From assembly GCA_965243135.1 (NCBI GenBank), contig OZ251539.1, positions 5,664,001-5,728,000 on the forward strand: a stretch of DNA of 64,000 nt, given 5' to 3'. This stretch comes from Alphaproteobacteria bacterium. Lineage in GTDB: Bacteria > Pseudomonadota > Alphaproteobacteria > MPNO01 > UBA830. Both the position numbers and the translations under genes were made by a program. Positions 1-8,642 of the stretch are shown one piece after another. Numbering within the stretch: position 1 is the stretch's first letter; each line of letters starts with the position of its first letter. The notes below the pieces were generated by a model, which did not search any database, was not told the origin of the DNA, and saw only the letters and a list, made by a program, of their open reading frames with translations.

Positions 1-567
1 GGAGACCGTGTCTACGAGGCGGCTACTCGGCGCGGCAAGTCCTCGCGTTCGGACGGCGCGACGCTGGACATGTGGAGAACCGCAGGGCGGAAGGCAGGGG
101 CCGTCCGAAGGCAAAGCGCAAGTTTCGCGCCTACGCTGCCGCGAGATGCCGTTGCGCGCGGCCGTTCTGCCGATGGCTTTGCTACGAGTTTCGTCAAGCT
201 CGCTCGGCAGGTTGCGGCGGCAAGTGCCGTCGAGGCGCCGCCGTCCCTCGGCGGTCTCCGCCAAAGCCTGACGATCCGGAGGACGGCAGTACTTTCCCGT
301 TCCTTCGATCGCTTTTGCGGCTTCGACGGTCTCCAACAAGTCCATCGCAGTCTGCGACGCGACCCTTTCCGCGACAGGTTCTCGCCGCGTGGGTTATCCA
401 ATTCATGGGGGACATGCGCTCGCGCGCCTGGTTAGATCGGGCGGAACTTTGTATATTGCGCGAAATGCCGGTCGCCGGGTTGGCCCTGTCGCGGCGCAAC
501 AACGCGACCGCTGGCTTGGCCGGATCTGCCGCGCCGGGAAATCGGTGAAGCTGCTGGAGAGATTCCC

Positions 568-969
568 ATGAATGTGATCACTCCCTTAATGAAGAAGCAT
601 GACGGGCTCAGCCCGCTCGCGTCGCGTTTCGTGGATGTCGATGATCTGCCCTGGAAACCGACGCCTTGTGACGGCATCGACATGAAGATTCTCATGCAGG
701 ATCCGGAAAGCGGCATGATGACGGCGCTGTTCAGATGGGCGCCGGGCGCGAAGTTGACCCTGCACGAGCATGTCGCGTTGGAGCAGACCTTCGTTCTCGA
801 GGGATCGCTGGTCGACGACGAAGGCGAGGTGAAGGCGGGAAATTACGTTTGGCGTCCGGCCGGTAGCCGTCACGACGCTTGGGCGCCGGACGGCGCGCTC
901 ATCCTGTCGATGTTCCTCAAGCCGAACGTTTTTCTGGATGGCGGCAAGGAGGGCGTCGAACTCAAATAG
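568..969 (+). CDS. Cupin domain protein (ChrR/Cupin_7-like)
   Basis: 133 aa; cupin motifs LHEHVALEQTFVLEGSL and GNYVWRPAGSRH; GGAG RBS upstream. Confidence 0.85.
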   Translation: MNVITPLMKKHDGLSPLASRFVDVDDLPWKPTPCDGIDMKILMQDPESGMMTALFRWAPGAKLTLHEHVALEQTFVLEGSLVDDEGEVKAGNYVWRPAGSRHDAWAPDGALILSMFLKPNVFLDGGKEGVELK

Positions 970-1370
970 CGCCTGTCGGCACGTCGGCGTTAACGTCTTG
1001 GCAGCGTCAACCCGACGAACGGCCGTCCGGCGTTGAGTGTTTCGCTTGCGGAGATTTCCGGGCTTGGATTCTGCGGCGACTCCGGGAGGCGTCACGCGGC
1101 GTCGGCAATTTCCGCGCGAGAATCTATGCGGTTGCGACGTTCGGAACGGTGCAGTTCGATGCCCATGTCGCGAAACCCGTACAGGCGTGTTCGCGGCACT
1201 TGACGGCCTCAGACGCTTCGCTCTCTACCGGGCCGACGAGTCTACGACCGCAACCCGGAAGGCCGCGTGGTCCGCTTCGACGCGACCCTTCGGAGGCGTG
1301 GACAGCCGCTTCGCGCCTGACCGCTTCCCCAAAGGCCCAGCCACCACGAAGTTCGCTTCCAGGTAGACGT

Positions 1371-1829
1371 TCACGCCGTTGTCTCATGCTCGATGCGGCC
1401 GCCCTGGACTGCGGCATGAAGCCCCGACTCGACGAGCCAACTCCGGCCGTCGGCCGGCTCATCCTCAAGACCCTCCGACCGGATGATATCGCCCAGCCAA
1501 CTGCTAACGAGCAGTTCGAACGCGTAACCGCTGACTGTGCGGGGATCGATTCCGGCGCTTTCGAAATACGGCGCGAATTCCGGTCTTGCGTCGGCTATGT
1601 AGGTTGGCGGGATTTCAACGGGCTCGACGCCGGCATCTTTCCACAAGTACAGCCGATCCGGCGTGACGATGATAAAGAAGTCGGCGCCGCATGGCCTGCC
1701 ATGGGCGATCATGTTCCGCCGCGTCCCGGCGGCCCATTCGGGGGAGGTCCCGAGCTTGTTCCTGATATCGGCAACGACGGCCAACCTGTAATTGCGGTTG
1801 TAAATGGCGAGATCCGCGCCAACGAACAC
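1371..1829 (-). CDS. Hypothetical protein, possible degenerate PD-(D/E)XK-fold
   Basis: Protein-like sequence ADLAIY..LAVVADIRNK..EWAA..RRN..AHG..FFIIVTPDRLYLWK; start uncertain (ORF is open to 1910 but runs into the IS relic). Confidence 0.5.
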   Translation of the reverse strand: MFVGADLAIYNRNYRLAVVADIRNKLGTSPEWAAGTRRNMIAHGRPCGADFFIIVTPDRLYLWKDAGVEPVEIPPTYIADARPEFAPYFESAGIDPRTVSGYAFELLVSSWLGDIIRSEGLEDEPADGRSWLVESGLHAAVQGGRIEHETTA

Positions 1830-1834
1830 ATCGG

Positions 1835-2658
1835 GTAACCTCTGTTTGCATTGCCGAAAAATATGGTCGCGGCCCGCGGAAACGTCAACGGACGAGTTTT
1901 GGCGCAGCAAAGACGGTTTGCGCTGCGGGAGCGTCGCAGGTCGTTGGGTTGCCGCCGCGCGTCGTCGAAGAAGATGCTGCCGTCAAGCTCCCGTTCGTCG
2001 AAGGCGGCGGTTTGTTCTCTCGCCCCGGGCGCACCGCTCTGCACGATACGGACGACCGCCCACTCGTCGCCGAGAAGCTTCGGGTGCCCGATGTCCATGA
2101 AGTCGCGGCGCCTCCGGCAGTAAACGAGCACGAGTTGGCCCGGCAGGTCCTTCGTCAGGACTTTCTACCGGCAAGCGCGGCGCATGTCCGTGCGGCAGCG
2201 ACCCGGGCTGTCGTCCTCGACGCCGCTGGGGGCTCGTTCGGTGCCGCTCTTCCGCGAGCGTCGAGTGCGCTCGCTCCCGAAACTTGTCCCGAACAAGCTC
2301 GCGGTTGCGCGCCGCGGGCGTTGTCGCGCTCGTCGAGTCGCTTCCTCAGCTTCGCCGCGCCGAAGGCGCAAGCTCGTTCACCGAGGATGCCGTTTAAGCT
2401 CGTTGCGCGCCGCCTCGGCACGGGCCCGCGCCCGACAGCGCTGCGTTTTCCGGAACGTCGCTTGCCGACGCGCCTCTTTCCAGCGAAGCGTCGTCTGGCG
2501 CAACTCGTCCCGCTGCCGAATCGCCTCGTTCCGTTCGGTAAAGCGACGCCGCCCAAGACACTGGAGGCTTCTAACCACGTTGCCGTACCCATGGCACACA
2601 AGGAGCTCGTTTCCAGTTGTTTTTCACGGGGCAAGGTCCTATCCCAGCGAACGCTTAC
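1835..2658 (-). mobile_element. Eroded IS66-family relic
   Basis: Terminal GTAAGCGTTCG at 2658-2648 (minus); TnpC-like remnants KVLTKDLPGQLVLVYCRRRRDFMD and IFFDDARRQPND; 2170-2480 is homologous to the elements at 25414 and 62443; left boundary uncertain. Confidence 0.6.
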
Positions 2659-2680
2659 CGAGTCGGCCGATCTTCGACCG

Positions 2681-3919
2681 TCAGGCCAAGGTTCTGACTT
2701 TCCTCGAATCCGCATGCTCGAACGCCGACGCCATGCGCTCGATTTCGCGCGGCGAGACGCCCAGCCCGGCCGCTTCTTCTCTCCAACCGGCGACGGCGCG
2801 GCTGACCTCTACAGTGATCGACTTCGCGTCCTTCTGCTTCAGCCCGTAGTACTCGGCGGTTTCGAGAGCCAGCTCGATGGAGGCGGTCGGATCGTTCATG
2901 TCGATCGAAGTCGAGAGGGCGCGGGGCCGGATGTCCGTCGGCGTCGGATTCAGGTCGTAGGCGGGCGACAAACGCCAGCCTTCGTGGCCGACATGAAGAA
3001 AGCCATGGTTACGGAGGTGGTCGTCGACATTGGAAATCAGCACGCTGAGCGAGATTCGCCGCCAGAGTTGGATCAGATCCGCCTTCGTCGCCGCGCCGTA
3101 TCGGCGGAGCGCGTCGGCGATTTCCAGGTAGGAACGAGGTTCGTTGTCGTTTGCGCCGAGCATACTCATGGCGGACAGGAACGGGATGCGTTCTCCGTCG
3201 GCGCGGTCGAAACGGCGGACAAGGAGGACCGGCTTCTTTTCGATCCGTTCGACGCGCCATTCGGGCACGTCGACGCCGGATTTCCGCGCCAGGGATAAAG
3301 CTACGGCCTCCCACGACACGACGTCGACGCCGTCCCGCCCGTGCGGGAACTTGGCCAGCGCTAGACGCCCGTCACGATCGCGCACCGAGGCCTTGGGACG
3401 CGCGCCGCCCAGGGACGACCCGGGCGCGAGCAGAACCCGCAAGTCCTCGTCGTCCTCATTTTCATCGACCACCCGCTCGGCGGCGGAGAGCAAGCGCGGG
3501 AGTTCGACCAACGGCGGGATGCGGCGAACCTCCGCCGGCGCGAGGAAGGCCCCCTCCAACCTGAATCTGAGGGCGCCCTGGCGGGCTTCGTCGTCCACCA
3601 TTAGCAGGAAGTCCGCCTCGAAGAGCGTGCGGGGCGTCTGTCCTTCCCGCGCGGCGCGTCGGCGTTCCGCGCGACGCATCAGCGCTCGCCCCCACCTGTC
3701 GGGCGCGGAATCGCCGATCGCGCCGAAGAGAGCCTTGTCCGGCGGCGTCGGTCCTGGCGCGAGCATGAGAGCGGGCTCTAGAGCAAAGCGCCCGGCACGC
3801 TCGAGCCAGACTGGATCGTATTCGAAGGAAGCGCTTTCGCGCCCCTTGCGGACGCACGACCAAAGACGTCCGACGAGGATTGTCGCGTCATGGAGGTATA
3901 CGAGGATTTCCCGATCCAT
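2681..3919 (-). CDS. hipA: HipA-family toxin kinase
   Basis: GSSLGGARPKASV P-loop, DDHLRNHGFL, LSPAYDLNP; ATG overlaps the antitoxin stop (TGATG). Confidence 0.9.
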   Translation of the reverse strand: MDREILVYLHDATILVGRLWSCVRKGRESASFEYDPVWLERAGRFALEPALMLAPGPTPPDKALFGAIGDSAPDRWGRALMRRAERRRAAREGQTPRTLFEADFLLMVDDEARQGALRFRLEGAFLAPAEVRRIPPLVELPRLLSAAERVVDENEDDEDLRVLLAPGSSLGGARPKASVRDRDGRLALAKFPHGRDGVDVVSWEAVALSLARKSGVDVPEWRVERIEKKPVLLVRRFDRADGERIPFLSAMSMLGANDNEPRSYLEIADALRRYGAATKADLIQLWRRISLSVLISNVDDHLRNHGFLHVGHEGWRLSPAYDLNPTPTDIRPRALSTSIDMNDPTASIELALETAEYYGLKQKDAKSITVEVSRAVAGWREEAAGLGVSPREIERMASAFEHADSRKVRTLA

Positions 3920-4254
3920 CACGAACCTCGTTTGCTCCGGCGAGAGCCGCGAATTCGCTGCGGCAGCAGTTCGTCTTCCAGGCTGAGGCCGACCGCGTCG
4001 TGTTTGGGATCGGCCAGATCGGACAGCCGTGAGGTCATGTCGAGGACGAAGAGCGCAGTGGCGTATATCCCCATGCTGACGCCGGGGTCGCCCTTCTCGA
4101 CCTTGTTGAGCGTCATTCGGCTGACAAGCGCCCGCTCCGCCATGACGGCCGTGGGTATCCGCCGCCGCCGCCGCGCGTCTCGAATGTCCGCGCCCAGCTT
4201 CTTGAGCGCGCGGCGAACCGGGATCGGCAACGTGGCTTCGGATTTTCCCCTCAT
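3919..4254 (-). CDS. XRE/HTH antitoxin (HipB-like)
   Basis: LGADIRDARRRRRIPTAVMAERALVSRMTLNKVEKGDPGVSMG HTH; immediately upstream of hipA; alternative start 4266. Confidence 0.85.
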   Translation of the reverse strand: MRGKSEATLPIPVRRALKKLGADIRDARRRRRIPTAVMAERALVSRMTLNKVEKGDPGVSMGIYATALFVLDMTSRLSDLADPKHDAVGLSLEDELLPQRIRGSRRSKRGS

Positions 4255-4310
4255 AATGTCCACCATCTCTTGCGTTAAACAATATAACGTAAGATATGGT
4301 AGACATTATG
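4252..4310. promoter_or_regulatory. 26-bp imperfect inverted repeat, probable TA operator
   Basis: cataatgtccaccatctcttgcgtta-N7-taacgtaagatatggtagacattatg, 3 mismatches, AT-rich, overlapping the antitoxin start. Confidence 0.7.
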
Positions 4311-4407
4311 TCAAGCTTGGCGGTTCTTTTCGCCGCCGGGAGGTCGCAGGGATCTTCCGGCCTGGGTCGAGCTGCGCACGGCCGGCGCAAGTTCGGGCCG
4401 GGCCTCT

Positions 4408-4540
4408 TGCGCCGTTCCTGTCGTCTTGAACTAGAGGCGGATTTCAGAGGCACGGAATTTACCCCGATTCGGATACGGAAAACTGCAAAGTCTCCGCGGC
4501 GGCCGTTTTCGCGGATTTCGCCCCAAGCCGCGCCGCGCCC
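4408..4540 (+). repeat. Dispersed ~100-140 bp repeat (also 48177-48320 and 63906-64000)
   Basis: Shared tgcgc(c/t)gt...tgaa...tttc(a/c)g(a/g)gg...aattt...tacggaa(a/g)ac. Confidence 0.55.
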
Positions 4541-4713
4541 GGTCGTCCGCGTTCGGGCCCGCAGCCCGGCTCTTCCTTGCCGCGCGGGAACGACCGGATT
4601 TCCGTTTTCGTTCGCAGCTCCTGCGCGACCCTTGGGGGAGCTGCCGAGGGGCCGGGACGAAGCGTGCGGAGCGACCGGGCGACAAGAAATCGCGGCGCGC
4701 GAACGCCTCTTCT

Positions 4714-4742
4714 TTGACAAATCCCGCGCGGCAGCCGATTCT
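4714..4742 (+). promoter_or_regulatory. Sigma70-like promoter of AAA/nuclease copy A
   Basis: TTGACA-17nt-GATTCT-6nt-ATG; same layout in all five paralogues. Confidence 0.65.
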
Positions 4743-4748
4743 GCGCGG

Positions 4749-6287
4749 ATGGAAAAACGCATGCTTCCGATCGGCATGTCCTCCCTCCGGGAAATCCGGA
4801 CGAGGGACTGCTACTACGTCGACAAGACGGACCATGTGCGCCGCCTCGTCGAGGGGGGCAAGCACTACTTCCTGTCGCGTCCGCGCCGGTTCGGCAAGAC
4901 CCTCCTGGTGGACACGCTGCAGGAGCTGTTCGAGGGAAGCGAGGAACCGTTCCGGGGCCTCGCCGTGCACGGCAAGTGGGACTGGTCGGCGCGCTATCCG
5001 GTGGTGCGGATCAGTTTCGGCAGGGGAAATTTCCACATCTCGGACGGGGTTCGGGTAACCGTGGAAAGGCAGTTGGCGGCGACGGAGAGGCGCGCCGGCC
5101 TCGAGCTAGGCTCCGTCGAGGCGTCGGTTCGTTTCTGGGAATTGATCGAGGCTCTGCACGAGCGCACCGGACGGCAGGCGGTCGTTCTGGTGGACGAATA
5201 CGACAAGCCGATCCTGGACGCGCTCGGCGACCGGGAACTGGCGCTGGCCAACCGCGACTTCCTGCGCAGCCTGTACGGGGCGATCAAGGATTGCGACAGG
5301 CATCTCCGTTTCGTTTTCCTGACGGGGGTGAGCAAGTTCTCGCAGGCGGGCATTTTCTCGGGCCTGAACAACCTGAACGACATCACGCTGGACGAGCGCT
5401 ACGGCGCCCTTTGCGGCTACACCGACGACGAACTGGATGCGGTCTTCGCCCCGGAGATCGAGGGCCTGGACCGGGAGAAAATCCGCCGCTGGTACAACGG
5501 CTACAACTGGCTCGGACCGGAGAGGGTCTACAACCCGCACGACATCCTGCTGCTGTTCGACAAGCGCAGATTCCGCCCGTACTGGTTCCAGAGCGGCACG
5601 CCGACCTTCCTCGCCGACCTTCTGGCGCGGCGCCGGGTCTCGGCGCCGGCCCTGGAGGGCATGTTCGCGGACGACGACCTGCTGTCGGCCATCGACGTCG
5701 ACCGCATTCCCGTCGAGGCGCTGCTGTTCCAGACCGGCTACCTGACCATCGCCGACGAGAAGCGGGACGAGGACGCGCCTCTCTACCGGCTGGACTACCC
5801 GAACCATGAGGTGAAGCGCAGCCTGAACGCGCTTCTGCTGGAGGCGATGGCGCCGGACGTCGCGGTCGCGGCGGAAAACCTGCGCCGCCTGATGCGGACG
5901 AACGACTTTGCGGGCCTTGAGAGACGGTTCCGGGCGTTCCTGGCGAGCATTCCGAACGAGTGGTACGCGAACACGGGCATGGCCGGCTACGAGGCGCACT
6001 ATGCGAGCGTGTTCTACTCGCACTTCGCGGCGGCGGGGATGGACGTCCGCGCGGAGGAGAGCACGGCGCGCGGCCGTTCGGATCTGGCGGTCCTGTACGG
6101 CGGCGGCGTCTACCTGTTCGAGTTCAAGGTCGTGGACGGGAAGCCGGAAGGCCGGGCACTGGCGCAGATTCGGGAGCGCGGCTACGCGGACAAGTACCGG
6201 CGTCCGGGCGTTCCGGTCCACCTGATCGGGATCGAGTTCGGTCGGGAGGAGCGCAACATCGTCGGGTTCGAGTTCGAGACCGTTTGA
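4749..6287 (+). CDS. AAA-ATPase-like + C-terminal PD-(D/E)XK nuclease protein, copy A
   Basis: YVDKT, SRPRRFGKT Walker A, VLVDEYDKP Walker B, GRSDL...YLFEFK nuclease motif. Confidence 0.9.
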   Translation: MEKRMLPIGMSSLREIRTRDCYYVDKTDHVRRLVEGGKHYFLSRPRRFGKTLLVDTLQELFEGSEEPFRGLAVHGKWDWSARYPVVRISFGRGNFHISDGVRVTVERQLAATERRAGLELGSVEASVRFWELIEALHERTGRQAVVLVDEYDKPILDALGDRELALANRDFLRSLYGAIKDCDRHLRFVFLTGVSKFSQAGIFSGLNNLNDITLDERYGALCGYTDDELDAVFAPEIEGLDREKIRRWYNGYNWLGPERVYNPHDILLLFDKRRFRPYWFQSGTPTFLADLLARRRVSAPALEGMFADDDLLSAIDVDRIPVEALLFQTGYLTIADEKRDEDAPLYRLDYPNHEVKRSLNALLLEAMAPDVAVAAENLRRLMRTNDFAGLERRFRAFLASIPNEWYANTGMAGYEAHYASVFYSHFAAAGMDVRAEESTARGRSDLAVLYGGGVYLFEFKVVDGKPEGRALAQIRERGYADKYRRPGVPVHLIGIEFGREERNIVGFEFETV

Positions 6288-6542
6288 ACCGCCGGCCGGC
6301 GCCGGAAGGAGGTTCCCGTGCCGGTTCGAGATCCCGAAGGCTTTCGGACCTCCCGGCGTGGCCCATGGATATTTTTTGCAGCTCCCGCTTGCGAAGCGCA
6401 ACGGAGGCTGTCGGCAGCGCGGGGGCGTTGGGCGACCGGTCGACAAAAATGGCGCGGCGCAAACGCCTCGGGCCGGTTTTCCTTACGCGGCGGAAGGAAG
6501 CCTGATAGGATGGCGCGGTGACGAAACGCGCGCGGTGATGCC

Positions 6543-6941
6543 ATGTCCGAGGCCGTTCTTTTCGCCAACGAAGCGTTTTACCGCGCGTTCGCCGACCGCG
6601 ACGCCGAGGCCATGGACGAAATCTGGTCCCGGACGGCGTCCGTCGCGTGCGTTCATCCCGGATGGGGGCCGCTATACGGCCGGGAAACGGTGATGCGGAG
6701 TTGGTTCGCGATCATCCGCAACGAGGAGTCGCCCGCCATTCGCTTTCACGACGCCCGCGCCGTCGTTCACGGCGATTCGGCCTGCGTCATTTGCTTCGAG
6801 GAAATCGACGAAAACTGGCTCGTGGCGACCAATGCCTTCGTTCGCGAGGGCAGCCTGTGGAAGATGGTTCATCACCATTCCGGTCCGACCGCCGCGCGAC
6901 CCGAGACCCGATCCGACGATACGCAAGCCTCCGTAAATTAG
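6543..6941 (+). CDS. SnoaL-like/NTF2 family protein
   Basis: [32 protein letters not shown]. Confidence 0.85.
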   Translation: MSEAVLFANEAFYRAFADRDAEAMDEIWSRTASVACVHPGWGPLYGRETVMRSWFAIIRNEESPAIRFHDARAVVHGDSACVICFEEIDENWLVATNAFVREGSLWKMVHHHSGPTAARPETRSDDTQASVN

Positions 6942-8563
6942 GCGTCGGCCCCTGCGCCGGAAACGGCGCGCGAAATCAGCGCGACGGTCTCGTCCTTGCC
7001 GTAATACGCCACGAACGAACCGAAGCGCGGTCCAGCGCTCTGGCCCAGCAGGACCTCGTACAGCATCCGGAACCAGTCGCGCAGATTCCCGTAATCGTTG
7101 CGCTTGCCGACCTCGTAGATCTCGGTCTGGATCGCTTCCGCGCCGGCGTCCGGCGGAAGCGCTTCGATGGCCGCGGCGAGATCCCGCAGCGCTCCTTTCT
7201 CTGCGCCGTCCGGAACGCGGTAGGCCTTTTTCGGCTTGACGAAATCCCGGTAATAAGCGACCGCGTGACCGACGAGCCTGTCGAGATACGGCTCGCCATC
7301 GGGCGTCGCGTCCGGCGCGTAGCGCGTAATGAACCCCCATAGAACCGCCGGATCCTCCGCGTTGCAGACGGCGGCGAGGTTCAGCAGCAGACCGAATCTG
7401 ACGGGGCTCTTGCCGACGATAAGCTTCGACACGGCGAAAGACGAGGAAGGAGCTCCTACCGGAACCGCCGGCAGGCCGATATGCCAGACCGGATTCTCCA
7501 GCCGCGCGTCGGCGGCCTGGCCATCGTACTTTTCCAGATGCGTCAGATAGTCGTCGACATGCCGCGGGATGACGTCGAAATAAAGCCGCTTCGCTTTTCT
7601 CGGCGAATTGTACATGTAGAGCGCAAGGCTTTCGGACGGCGCGTATTCCAGCCACTCCTCGACCGAAATGCCGTTGCCGCGGGACTTCGATATCTTCTCC
7701 CCGCGCTCGTCCAGAAAGAGTTCGTAAGTGAACCCCTCCGGCGGAACGCCGCCCAGCAGGCGGCAGATGCGCGAGGACAGGCGGACCGAGTCGATCAGGT
7801 CCTTGCCGGACATCTCGTAGTCCACGGAAAGCGCCGTCCAGCGCATCGCCCAGTCGGCTTTCCATTGCAGCTTGCACCGCCCCCCGGTGACGGGCGTTTC
7901 GACGGCGCCGCCGTTCTCGTCGAGGTAGACGATGGTCCCGCCGTCGGCGTCGGTTTCGACGACCTTCGCCAGCAACACCTTGCCGGTCCGCGGACAGACC
8001 GGCAGGAACGGGCTGTACGTCTCGCGCCGGTCGGCACCGAGCGTGGGCGCGATGACGCCGACGACCTCGTCGTGGCGGCGCAGAATATGAAGCAGGGCGT
8101 CGTCGAACGCGCCCGAAGCGTAGCATTCGGTCGCGCTCCGGAATTCGTAGTCGAAGCCGAACGCGTCGAGGAACGCGCGCAGCCGAGCGTTGTTGTGGTG
8201 GCCGAAGCTCTCGTGCTCGCCGAACGGGTCGGGCACGGCGGTCAGCGGCTTGCCGAGATGGGCCTGCAGCGCCTCCCGGTTGGGAACGTTGTCCGGCACG
8301 CTGCGCAGCCCGTCCATGTCGTCCGAGAACGCGAACAACCTGGTCGGCACGTCCGAAATCGCCTCGAACGCCCTGCGCACCATCGTCGTGCGCACCACTT
8401 CGCCGAACGTCCCGATATGGGGAAGCCCGGACGGGCCGTAGCCGGTCTGGAACAGCGCGTAGCCCTTTTCGGGAGTCTCGCCGCCGAGCCGAGCCGCGAC
8501 CTTGCGCGCTTCCTCGAACGGCCACGCCCGGGCTTGCATGCCGGGCGCCGCGGGATCGGACAC
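6938..8563 (-). CDS. lysS: Lysine--tRNA ligase, class I
   Basis: [16 protein letters not shown] (HIGH-type), KISKSRGN (KMSKS-type), GPRFGSF. Confidence 0.95.
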   Translation of the reverse strand: MSDPAAPGMQARAWPFEEARKVAARLGGETPEKGYALFQTGYGPSGLPHIGTFGEVVRTTMVRRAFEAISDVPTRLFAFSDDMDGLRSVPDNVPNREALQAHLGKPLTAVPDPFGEHESFGHHNNARLRAFLDAFGFDYEFRSATECYASGAFDDALLHILRRHDEVVGVIAPTLGADRRETYSPFLPVCPRTGKVLLAKVVETDADGGTIVYLDENGGAVETPVTGGRCKLQWKADWAMRWTALSVDYEMSGKDLIDSVRLSSRICRLLGGVPPEGFTYELFLDERGEKISKSRGNGISVEEWLEYAPSESLALYMYNSPRKAKRLYFDVIPRHVDDYLTHLEKYDGQAADARLENPVWHIGLPAVPVGAPSSSFAVSKLIVGKSPVRFGLLLNLAAVCNAEDPAVLWGFITRYAPDATPDGEPYLDRLVGHAVAYYRDFVKPKKAYRVPDGAEKGALRDLAAAIEALPPDAGAEAIQTEIYEVGKRNDYGNLRDWFRMLYEVLLGQSAGPRFGSFVAYYGKDETVALISRAVSGAGADA

Positions 8564-8642
8564 CGTTTCGTCCTCCTTCGTGAAGCCTATGCGCGCGCCT
8601 GCGGCCGGTCAACGCCGCGCCGCGATGTTGTATACTGCAGAA

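Noticed and set aside
1827-1840. Second TIR and TSD for the IS66 relic
   Set aside because: Only GTAAC and a 5/8 flank match; used as an approximate boundary only.
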